From positions 5,828,001-5,892,000 of the forward strand of contig NC_045138.2 in assembly GCF_008831285.2 (NCBI RefSeq): a DNA stretch of 64,000 nt, written 5' to 3'. The notes under the pieces were generated by a model. The model did no database searches and was not told the origin of the DNA. It saw only the letters and a program-made list of their open reading frames with translations. Shown here piece after piece: positions 11,661 through 23,818 of this stretch. Source of the DNA: Nymphaea colorata (lineage: Eukaryota). Numbering within the stretch: position 1 is the first letter of the stretch; the number at the start of each line of letters is the position of its first letter. The position numbers and the translations under genes are program-made.

Positions 11661-13909
11661 TCTTGTTGCCTTGATTTGAGCAAGCGCCAGCAGGCTAGAC
11701 CTTGTAAGAAATTAAGTATCCAGAATAAGTTTTGAGCACATGATCATCTATTTGTCACTCATTGTTTACTCTTGTTATATATTAATCCTTTGGGCTCATA
11801 GATCTGTTATTTGAATTCTATCTCTGGATTATTTTATGATTTCAATAGGAAGTCTTACTGAAAAAGATGAAAACATAAAACAAAAAAAAAATCGTGATAA
11901 ATTGATTTTTTAAGTTTTTTTTCAAAATATCAAAAAATTTTCCTTTTTTTTTCATTTTTTCGTGAATATCAAAATAATGCTTATGCCTAGATGCTTTATG
12001 TAAAGAATTAGTCTTCTTGCCTATTCCAAAAAGAAGAATTTATTGCCCAGTGAAAGAGATTGTGGGAACAAATGATTAGAGCTACAATACTGCTTACAAT
12101 TACTCAAGCAGTTGGACATCACAAGGTTGCTTTTGCTCACATACATAGCCACACATATCAAGATATTTATTAAGATATCACAAGATTAAAGAAAAAAATT
12201 TTGTGATATTTTAAAAGAAACATTAAAAATCAATTTGTCAAGATTATGTTGCGGTCCTTTTTATTTCATTTTCTGCTTTCATTTTCTTCAACTTTTGTTT
12301 GAATGTTTCATTTTCTTTCCTTTTGTTTTAGGTATTCAATGTGACCTCCTAGAAGCAATGCAATGCAATGCTTATTAGTTTATCATTTTTACCATTTTAA
12401 CCACATGTTTATTATGTCTTCTATTAGTTCCTCATTTGTTGTATTTTTGCCAACATTTGTATTTTTAACTTTTTTTTAAAACACAAATGGCCAAGAAAAA
12501 CCTCACCAATAAAACCAGAAAGTTATATTTGTGGCTATACTTATATGTATGTACGGAGGGTCCTTGTCTTCAATTCTCACTAGGATTATGTTTATAGCAT
12601 TTTTAGTGAGTATTTCTTTCAGGCTAGGCTTCCAACAGAGATAACAATCTTTTGTAACAGCCAAAGCGTATAATCCTAGAAGATACTGGCATGAACTTGT
12701 ATGGAATCTGAAGGCCATTGGTGCCATGGAAAGCTCCTCCATTGACCCTTTCATCTTGTAATGTCTCTCCTACAACCAAATGACAAATACTGTTTGTGAT
12801 AAGTTCTGGCAGAGACATTTTGACAGCCAAAGGACAAGATCTTGTCTGTGATGAGTTAGAAAATTCAGAAACAGACACACTGATACCATGTATACATGTA
12901 CATACATGCATACAAACTTTGGTTAATGAACATTACCAAATTTGTCAGGAGGTGCAACCACGGTTCCCTTCAATAGTAGTGAAAGCTGTAAAAAGAGTAA
13001 ATTTTGAAAGTAAGCACATAAAAGGTTGATGATTCTGAATGATTCTAGTACAAAATTTCATCTTAATAGACAAGTCAGCAGTTTTCAGAATCTTGGAGAA
13101 ACAAAACAAATGTGGCACCAGTTGATTGCTCTAATGAACAAGTTGGGAATTTAATAATTAAAGGATTTAACAAATATACGCACATAGATTAAAACCTTGG
13201 TCAAAAGTGAATCGTGAAAGACACGTCCCTTCTTCAATTTCACTTCATCCATGTTGCTGTCTCAAAGGAAATTATGATATATAAACAATCAAACAAGTGT
13301 CTTAAAAAAGAAATATTTTAAGTTATGCGAGACAACTTTTGTACTATGAATACCAGAATTTGAAGATCAGAATAGAAAGTGTGCAGGTATTTTTTGGCTA
13401 TTGATAGCACAAAGAAAGCATGGACAGCACATGAAATGACAGTTGCACATCAATAATCTCACTTTCATGCTCATACATGCCTTTTAGCTCACTATGCCCA
13501 TACTCAGGGAGCTTGTTGAGAAGCTTACTTTCAGTTCCTTGCTTATTTCATGAAATTTTCTTGTGGTACCGCGGTACTCCTTCTCAAGAAGGGGGATTAT
13601 CAGAGGGACACTGTCCATGTATCTTACATCCACAAAGTTAAACAGCTTTAAGTTAAAAAAAAAAAAAAAGATCTATCAGATTAAGGCAAATGTTTAGAAA
13701 GTACCTTCTCTGCAGTAGTTCTTCAAGAAACAACTTAAGGCTGCTAACACCAATTCTTGATCTGTCATTCTTTGACAAAGAGCGGCCTAATTTTTCTTCC
13801 AAAGAAGCAATACCTTGTATTTCCCACAAAGAAACAGCCTGAAATAAGAAATACTCTTTCACTTCCAAATTCCAATACAATTGGATTAGACAATCTAAAT
13901 CACTACCAC

Positions 13910-14084
13910 CAGGGGCGGAGGGAGGGGGGCCCACCTAGGCCATGGCCCCACCCTGGCAAAATGGAAAAAAAAAGTTTACATTGAAAAAAAAATTATTTTT
14001 TAATCACTCTATGTATTTTTTAGATTTAAATTTAGTTTGGCCCTACCCAGATCCAAAGGTTGGACTGTTCTGGCTCCGCCACTG
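13910..14084. mobile_element. hAT-type MITE, 175 bp, in an ARC5 intron
   Basis: TIR CAGGGGCGGAG / CTCCGCCACTG; perfect 8-bp TSD ACTACCAC (13902-13909, 14085-14092). Confidence 0.92.
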
Positions 14085-15077
14085 ACTACCACGATCTGTT
14101 CCATGCAGGTATCAAAACCTTTATTTTTATCCTTGCCACAAATTTGAAGCTATAAAATGTCCGAGGACTATTTTATTTTTCAAGACTCAAATTTGAACTC
14201 TGACAGAAGAAAGGCTAATTTTTCATCGAAGAATGGCTGACCAATAACTTTAGAGTTTATAGTTTACACGACAAAACAAAAAAGGAAAATTTATAATGAT
14301 GGAAAAGAAAAATAGATGGTCGCGAGCATATACTAAGAGAATAGAAAAAAAAAAAACAAAATTGTTCTTATTAGAAGATATATGACTTGTAGAGGTCCCG
14401 TGTACTCATATAAGGATGCATGAAGTTTCAGAAGCCTCTTAAAGAAGGGAAGGACATAAATGCCAGAATCGTTTGAGACAATGAAATTGTGAAAATTACC
14501 TGTTTAAATTCATTATTTGACCTAAAAACAGATTCATGTCAGAACCCACTCTTCCAGATAGTGCACAAACGAAAATGCAGAAATCGAAAAACAAACATTT
14601 ATGATTCATGTGTTTCATAAAGGGCGGAGTAGAACCTGTAGAGGCGACCGCCGACATTCTGTCGGCGGCTGTGGGAAGAACGGCTACAGTCCCCATAGAG
14701 TCGTTCTCCAGCGGAGGTAGTGGCGGCGGCGGCGGCGGCAATGGGTTTCTCTCCTCAGCCATAGCAGCCCAGTGATGGGGACAGACAATTCGCGTATGGC
14801 TAAAGGGACCGATTACCCAGACGGTAAAACTTTATGTATCTCACACCATCACAAGACACGAGTATTTATACTTAAGGGTCCGAAACGGATATGGACCCGT
14901 ATCGATGCAGGACTATTCAGATGGGGAAATCCCAACAATCTCCCACTAGTCCAAGTCGATATCAAGGGTAAACAAAATGAATGGACTAGCCTTAAAATCC
15001 ATTCCAAGGTCCCACCTTGTTGTCTTACAAAACTTCTCAACAAACAAATGAGAATACAAAATAAATAGACAACAAGC

Positions 15078-18000
15078 TTAATGAGAATCAACAAACTGTA
15101 TGTGATCACATTCATAAATGTTTACATAATAGTGTGTTTTCATTGAACTACACAAATCCATCCTCTTAACATGTTCAAAGAACATACCAGATGCTAGCGC
15201 TTTAGTAAGAGGATCTGCAACCATATCTGTAGTCCCAATGTGTTGAACACACACTAGTTGATTCTCTGTCCTTTCCTTAATAGCAAAATACTTAAGTTCC
15301 ATATGCTTACAAGAAGTAGTACTTTTGTTGTTGTTGGAAAAAGACACTGCAGCTTCATTATCACAGTGAACCTTAAGTGGTCTCTCAATAGATTCCACTA
15401 TCTTGAGCTGTGAAATGAAATTTTTTATCTAAATTGCCTGTGATGTAGTCTCATATAATGCAATGAATTCTGCTTCCATGGTGTGAGCAGTAGTAACAGT
15501 CTGCTTTTTGCTCCCCCATGAGATGACACCTCATGATAGAAGGAAAACAAAACTAGTAGTAGACTTTCTACTATCGGTACATCCTCCAAGATCGGCATCA
15601 GAATAGCCAATCACTTCTAAATGGTCTATCTTGTGATATGTCAACATTTAATCTTTTGTCCCTTGCAAGTACCGCATGACTCTCTTTACAACCTTCCAAT
15701 GTGCCATGCCTGGATTAGATTGAAATCTACCAAGCATGCCAACAGCAAAGGAAATGTCAGGCCTAGTACAAATCTGCGCATACTGCAAACTGCCAACCGC
15801 AGATGCATATGGAATGTTGATCATTTGTGCCTTTTCAAATTCGTCCTTTAGAAAATCATTTAGGCTCAATTTATCCCATTTAGCAATGAGTGCCGAAATA
15901 GGAGAACAATTCTCCATCTCATATCTCTTAAAAACTTTATTGATGTATGCTGATTGGGAGAGACTTAAAAAACATTTAGATCTGTCTCGACGAATCTCAA
16001 TGCCGAGAACAAATGAAGCCTCACCCATGTCCTTCATCTCAAAATGAGATGCGAGAAAATGTTTGAGTTCTGTTAGCAATTGAAGATCATTTGAAGCAAG
16101 CAAAATGTTATCCACATATAAAGTCAAAATTATGAACTTACTCCCACATGTCTTAAAATACACATATCGATCAATGATGTTTTCTGTAAACCCAAAAGTC
16201 GTAATGACTTCGAAAAACTTAATGTAGCATTGACGTGAGGCCTGTTTAAGTCCATAAATCGCTTTATTAAGCTTGCAAACCAAATGATCTTTACCACTCT
16301 CAGAAAACCCTTGAGGTTGATCCATATATACCTCTTCATCCAAATCACCATTCAAGAAAGCCGTTTTCACATCCATCTGATGTAGCAGAGACAGATGAAC
16401 ATGTCTCATTATAGTCAATGCCCTCCATTTGTGTGAATCCTTTAGCAACCAATCTTGCCTTGTATCTCTCTATGTTGCCTTTAGAGTCCCTCTTGGTCTT
16501 ATAGACCCATTTACACCCTACGGGTTTTACTCCTTCAGGCAATGACACAAGGCTCTATGTCTGGTTTTTAGCCATAGAGTCAAACTCTTCTTTCATGACA
16601 TTAATCTAGTGCCTATATTGTTTCCTTTCAACGGTTTCAATGAATGTGAAAGGATCATCATCAACATCTATGAAATCACTAGGCTCTTGTAGGTATACCA
16701 CATAGTCTGATGATATGGGAGATCTCCTGGCCCTTGTAGATCTACGAACAGGTAATTGATCATTTTCAATTTGTATGTCCACATCCTGTTCGTGTTCATC
16801 AGTATGATCTACACTTAATTCATCTGGATCTGATGCATTGCCTGTATAATTTACATTCATGTTATCCTGGGAGACAACATAATCATACACATTTATATTC
16901 TCTTTATCAGGTCTACTTTCAGTATCTTGTATTTCCTCAAAATTGAGGTTTTGTAATGCATCTAACCCAAATGAGTCATCTTCCAGGAACTTGGCCTTAT
17001 GTATTTCCACAATATGTGGTGTATGACATGGACAATAAAACCTATAGCTTTTCGATCTTTCTAGATAACCAATAAAGAAACCACTGGTTGTTCTAGATCA
17101 AAGGCTTTTATGTAGGGGTTATACAATTTAGCTTCAGCAGGACATCCCCATATGTGCATATAAGAAAGAGAAGGATTCCTACCTGTCCATAACTCGTAAG
17201 GAGTTGTGGGAACAGCCTTAGTAGGAACCCTATTCTGCATATGTACTGCTGTCTTGAGAGCTTTACCCCACAATGTTAGAGGGAGAGTAGAGTAATTTAA
17301 CATAGCTCGAACCATTTCTTTAAGCGTACGATTTCTTCTTTCAGCAACACCATTTTGGTAGGCGCTGCCTGGTATAGTGTATTGAGGCACAATGCCTTCT
17401 TCCTTTAGAAATCGCGCTAATGGTTCATCCCTTTGTCCCATCTCAGTGAACCTACCATAATATTTACCACCTCTATCTGATCTGACTATCTTGATAACCT
17501 CACCGGTTTGTTTCTTTACTTCTTTCTTATAATCTTTGAAAACTTGACACACATTGGATTTTTCAAAGATTAAGTAGAGATACAAATACCGAGAATAGTC
17601 ATCTATAAAGGTGACAAAATATTTTTCGCCTGTGTAACAAGGAGGGAAATGTCCACAAACATTTGTGTGAACAATTCCTAATTTTTAAGTACATCGCTCG
17701 ACACCTTTTTTATATATGTTAGTTTGCTTTGCCTTTATGCAATCTACATATATGTTGTTATTTGTAAAATCAAGAGATCGTAAGATCCCTTCATTTAAAA
17801 GTCTCCTTATTCTCTTTTCAGAGATATGACCCAAACGGCGGTGCCATAGCATGTATGAATCATCCTTTATGGTACTACGCTTATTGCCAATTATATTATG
17901 ACTAGAAACCAACGATTTAGGAGATTAGATCTTCACATTCAACTTGTATAAACCATCACACAAAATAGCAGAACCAATTTCAACAAGATCTTTATAAGTC

Positions 18001-19130
18001 AACATTTTTGAATTTTCAAACTTTAAACAGAAATCAAATTTGTCCAGTCTTCATACAGAAATTAAGTTTCTACTATATGATAGAAAAAAGAAAACATCAT
18101 GAAGATCCAAAACAAAGCCAGTATCAATCCTAATCTGGCATTTTCTACAGCCTTCACATGTGAGCGCATTTTATTTCCTGATAAAATGCTCCTCTCATGT
18201 AGTGTTGGTTTCCTTTTGCTCAGAAAGTCCTGTAAATTATTGGTAATATGCACAATAGCACCAGAGTTAATCCTCCAACTATTAATATGAACATGTAACA
18301 TATTACTTTCAAGTGAAACAAATGACATGTTACCTTTCTTCTCTAACCAATTCTTATACTTGATGCAGTCTGACTTCTTATGCCTTTTTTCTTGCAAAAG
18401 AAACACTTTATAGGGGCTAAGTTAGTCTGCGCAGTTTGAAAAGCAGGTTGACTTGATGACTTCTTCTTGGCACTCCTTTTCATTGAACTTTTCTTTATGC
18501 CAACTTTACCATCCCCAGAGTGAGAAACCATATGTGCACTTTGCAACTTCTCACCCTTCATTCTTTCCTCCTCTTCAACACATTTAGACATCAATTCATT
18601 GAATGTCCATTCAGTATTATGTGTGTTGTAACTGATCTTAAAAGGAGTATATTCAGCTGGTAAAGAGGTCAACATAAAGAATACCAAGAATGATTCAGAA
18701 ATAGTCAACTTCTTGTCATTCTTTTGAGAAGCAATGTTCTTCATTTCTAACATATGCTGACGAATGTTACTCCCTCCTTGATATTTCATAGATATTAACT
18801 TTGACATTAGGGTACTAGCTCTGGTTTTATGAGAACTGACAAACTGAGCCTCAACTGCACCCAAGAACTCTCTCACCGATCTACAAGGTGGGATAGCAAC
18901 ACGTATGTTCTTAGCGACCCTTGATTGCAAAAGCAACAAACTTAGTTGGTTAGAACGCTCCCACTTGTCAAAATACACTATTTCATTATGTGTACTTTCT
19001 GGTGTAAGAGGTGGTGAATCAGGTCGCCTCAAAGCCACATCTAGATCTATATACCCCAATGTAAACACAACATTTTCTTTCTATTCAGCATAATTTGAAT
19101 CATCAAGTAAAGGGATAGAATTTGAACCAT
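15078..19130 (-). pseudogene. Fragmented gag-pol of Copia 1
   Basis: gag WERSNQLSL and CFFCKKKG knuckle; GAG-pre-integrase [87 protein letters not shown]. Many stops and frameshifts, plus a deletion in RT near 16388. Confidence 0.92.
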
Positions 19131-19864
19131 TAAAATAAATAGATCCAAACAGTGTAGACGACAAAAGACATCTATAAGTTGACATGCATTATATGAGACA
19201 AACCATATAGAACAATAAACCAAATAAAGATTCTTTATATCTACTATTTCCAAGACAAATACCAGGGGTCATTAGGATACTACTTTGGTAATATACCTAA
19301 TACACATATGTATTCAGTCTTAACTTTATCTAGTAAAACTAGGAAATATAAATCTAAACTATAGTTAATCATAACACCTTTGGGTGTAAAATGACAGAAC
19401 TATATAAGGATCTATTTTCTTATTTTACTCTACTCATTCTCTTGAACATAACACACTACCTTTGGGTAATTATGCTACTTCAAATGAGAATAAGCACAAC
19501 ATGAAACACTAATGTGTCTTTAAATCATGCGTAGTCACTTTAGTGAGGTATGACATGATTTAACTAATCATAAGCTATTTACATTAGCGTTATCGTACAA
19601 CTTTATGATCATGCAATAAAATTTAACCTTAGCATAATCATAAACAAAACATGATACAAAAATATAATATGTCACAATAACACATTTAAAATGAAACACT
19701 AATCACATGAATCATTTCTGCACAATAACTTAATGCTATCTAAATTGTTCATTAAAGCTCCATAAAACATAATGAATCGGTCTCGTATCGATCTAAAATA
19801 ATCGAACCAATCCATTAATCACCTTAAATGGACATAAAACCACATATACCAGCTTCCTCTAGCT

Positions 19865-20140
19865 TAAAACCGGTCCCGTATCAGTCCTAAATGGACTGAA
19901 CCGATGGAAAACTAGATGAACCGGTCCGAAAAGGAAAAGAACTGGTCTCAAACAACTCTGAATCGGTTCAAAAGGGTCCGAACTGGTTCTGAAACTGAAT
20001 GAACCGGTCTTATAAACTGAGAACCAGTCCAGAACCGGTCTGAAAACGGATGAACCAGTCCCGAGAGCGAAAGAACCGGTTTGAAAACAACTGAAACGGT
20101 CTGTAAATGACTCGAACCGGTTCTATTTTAAAATCAGTCC
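19865..20140. repeat. Degenerate tandem array of GAACCGGT(C/T) motifs in the Copia 1 leader
   Basis: About a dozen AACCGGT/AACTGGT/AACCAGT motifs at roughly 20-bp spacing. Confidence 0.75.
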
Positions 20141-23100
20141 GTATGGATACGGGTCGGGTCCTATCGGACCCGACCCGATCCAGAAACTTAAAACGCGGGC
20201 GGAAGAACGGGCGCGAACAAGTTTTTTTTTATTAAAACTTTATGGATCCGGATCGGGTCAGGACTGACCCGACCTGGTTCCGACCCACCTCCCGCTCGAC
20301 CGAGCGAGCAGTTTCACTCACGCGAAACTGCCGCTCGTATGCCCTACGCCGAGCGGCGGAATCGCTTCCGACGGGCCTCCAGGGGGGCCTTGGGTGGGCG
20401 ACGGCAGGGGCTCACGGCGCCATCCGGCGACCGGTAAGCCGCCGGCGGCCCTCTGATCTGCCGTCGCCCTCCCTACTATTGTTCCTCTGATGCCCCTTTC
20501 TGGTTCGTCGGGCGGCTGGAAAAATGGTGCCTAAAAGCCCACCGACAGGCCACCCAACGGCGTGGGTGGCCGCCGACGGGGCAAACCAGCACGGTCGGAA
20601 GTCGGCTGTCGCCTAATGCCCGACCCACGCCCGCCTAGACGCCGGATTCTGGCAATCCACCTCCCTTCTGTCACCTTTCCATCCCCCTTTCTCTTTCGTG
20701 GTTTTCCCTCTTTCGTGGTTGCCACAACGCAAGGGAGCCGTCGGGGAGGGGGTCGAACCAGGATGGGCTGGAGGCCATTCGTCGCTTTCCGACGACAAAC
20801 ACCTGCCCAAAGCCGACCGTCCCTATCCGTGTTCGTGTCCCTACGGCTGCAACGAAAGCCGACAGCTTCCATCACCGACGCGATGGAGGCCGTCGCCCTC
20901 TTTCCACATTTTTGCCCTATTCTCTTTGCATGAAAACAGAATGCAAAGGAAAACACGGAGAGGAATCGTGGAGTGGGCTCATAACCCATTGTTGAAGCTT
21001 TGCAAGGAATCTAGATAGCGCACAAACGAAAATGCAGAAATCGAAAAACAAACATTCATGATTCATGTGTTTCATAAAGGGCGGAAGTAGAACCTGTAGA
21101 GGCGACCGCCGACTGAATGTCGGCGGCTGTGGGAAGAACGGCTACAGTCCCCATAGAGTCGTTCCCCAACGGAGGTAGTGGCGGCGGCGATGGCAATGAG
21201 TTTCTCTCCTCAGCCACAGCAGCCCAGTGATGGGGACAGACAATTCGCATATGGCTAAAGGGACCGATTACCCAGACAGTAAAACTTTATGTATCTCACA
21301 CCATCACAAAACACGAGTATTTATACTTAAGGGTCCGAAACGGATATGGACCCGTATCAACACAGGACTATCCAGATGGGGAAATCCCAACAAAGTCATC
21401 ATACTCCAAGCAAATAAAGGTCTGATGTGAACTAAAAACTGGATTTTATGCATGCCCGCAAGCACGTGCATTGCAACCTGATGAGTTGTAGCGTTACTCC
21501 AACCATTACAGTCCTCAAGGGAGAGAATGATAAACTCCTTATGCTGCATCTTTCCTCCCACAAGAGCTTCAACTGCACGTGCTTGAGCCTTCAAATGTAT
21601 TTTGGAAGTCAGTTCATGAAAGAACAAGAAAAAATAAAAAACTAAGCTTGTTCCATGGAGGAATACTTGAACAATTTTCTGAGAACCAGCAGACAAAAAA
21701 ATAAATGCTAAACCAACCATTCAAAACTGACCCACTTTTTCTTTTTCTCATCCAGAGTAATAGATGACATCTATACAAAATTGAGGATATGGAACTACTG
21801 TAACACAAATTTCTAGGATCAATTATGATACTAAAAAAAGTAAGTGTGTGTGTGTGTGTAAAGCAATAAATGTTACTTTCTAAAGAATAAGCTTAATTTA
21901 ATTTTCTCCTTTAAGTCACAAAATTGGAAGGTAAAATCAATAGGAATCAGCTGAACAAACATGCAATACAGTTTAAATTCATCCTAATTTGTAGTTATTT
22001 AATATTTTCCCAATTAATATAAGAACAAATGGTGATAGCCTTTAACAAACAAGAATCAACATAAGCCTATCTTGACCTAATTTCTACTGCGAAAAAACAG
22101 ATGACTGCAATAAGTCAAAGAACAGGGGCATGAATAAGTACGAGATGATGAAATAGACCCCCCAAAAATGCAAACACGGTTAAACTTCATGATACAGGAA
22201 TGTGGCATGTAGAAATCCATAGTTCAGTGGATGGCATGCATCTTGAGATTACCTAAAATTCAAAGCTTCATACTGCTGTGAATGTTTGTACCCGCAACAT
22301 TCTAGTTTTCCTGCCTGGAGCGGGAGAAACAAGGCCTGGTGTGTCAATGATTGTGAGATTTGGGCAGTATTTATATTCAATTCCAACTGTTATTTCCTTT
22401 GTAGAGAACTGACATGCATCACGCTCAGGCCTTATGTTTTCAGCTTCAATATATGCCTGTTTACCACTATTACTAGTTATTGATTTGAACCGGCGCAATA
22501 GTATGCTACTCGAAGATGAAATGGCATAGTTCCTGCAATGATCAGCTAAATAAACAGTAGAAAAACAAAAAGATAGACCAAACCTAACAACAACAGAACC
22601 AGCATTTGGCCATCTGTTTAATGCATGTCAAAATTAAATTTGGGCACAGAGAAAAAAAAAATTGCAAATGTCTTAATGGTTTCACTAAGATAAATATATG
22701 CCAAAGTAGTCATACCTTGATATAGAAAGGTCTTCCTAGAAGAATGTTCATGGGATATCAGATCTTTTGAGATGAAAACAGAGTAAGTGCCATATAATTT
22801 ACAAGCCTGGTCTTCCATGATGCTGGAGCAAACAGGTGATCATAGAATATTCGGGCACCTTGAGTACCAATCAGAAATCCATATCCTTGAGCGCAAAGTT
22901 TAACGTGTTACTAGGCTTTGATGCCCACATCATGAACATACACGAGATAGCATCTAATAAACATAGAGAAGCATGTAATGATGTGATTATCACCGTGTTG
23001 GGAGGTCCGCTGTTTATGATATGAAGTTTTTATTTGGTAATTGAACTTTCTATTACTCCAGAATTGTATTTTCAGCTTTTTATGGTTCTGGATCTTGAAA

Positions 23101-23185
23101 TTGTCATTTGTAATAGCTAGAAAGGGTACATTTTTCACCTTATATACAATAATTAGCTAGTCAGTCATTGAACCTTGAAAATGCC

Positions 23186-23283
23186 CATAGCTTTATGTGA
23201 TTCACTTTCTCTTTTTTTCTTTCTTAAATATTCATAGCTTTATGTGATTCACTTTCTCTTTTTTTCTTTCTTAAATATTCATA
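23186..23283. repeat. 47-bp tandem duplication
   Basis: CATAGCTTTATGTGATTCACTTTCTCTTTTTTTCTTTCTTAAATATT x2. Confidence 0.9.
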
Positions 23284-23818
23284 TAAACGTAGCAAAGGTT
23301 TTCATTTAAGAGTCTACCACGCATAATCCAATGCAGAACTTATAACATTTTAGGATGGTTTCTTTACTATAAATGCGCCTTTGATTGTATTTCCCTTGGC
23401 CTAACTTAAGAATCTTTTCTGATAGGCACACTTACGTGCCTAAATGAGGAGGAGCTCCTCTATAAAACTAACCAAATTGCACAATGTGTTATTAGAGACA
23501 GCGCAGTGTGTTAATAGAGACAGCGCCAGTCTCAAACTGATTGACACAAGCAATTTTAAGCGACATCATGATACACGTTAGGCAGGCGATTTAAGCTCAG
23601 GAAACGACGGTGCTTCTCCTCGGGCATGCGTGCTGCAGGAAAACATTCATGTAGGGTGGCAGGTCGTAATACTTGGACCTCAATCCGTAATTCCTCCTTA
23701 AGGCCACTGACGAATGTACCAATAAGGGTTTCAACAGGCCACCCACGAACCAAGTTCCTCAAAGTGCTCCTGGTACTCCACCACACTTCCTTTCTGCCAG
23801 TCGGGTTGGCCTTGTTAA

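Larger units (their letters stand above)
14553..21392 (-). mobile_element. Ty1/Copia LTR retrotransposon 1 (tentatively Bianca-like), degenerate. 5' LTR 20990-21392; 3' LTR ~14553-14937 with outer end deleted; PPT 14938-14947; degenerate tRNA-Met PBS ~20977-20988
   Basis: LTRs roughly 95% alike by eye; right LTR has TGTTG..CAACA ends; AGTGGGAGAT PPT on the minus strand; Copia domain order gag-PR-INT-RT-RH. Confidence 0.93.

Noticed and set aside
20242..21018. Overlapping GC-rich ORFs (likewise 40011-40597)
   Set aside because: They lie in Copia 5' leaders and stay open because of GC content.
23420..23568. TGAT..ATCA segment as a possible LTR of the Gypsy remnant
   Set aside because: No second copy, PPT or TSD found.
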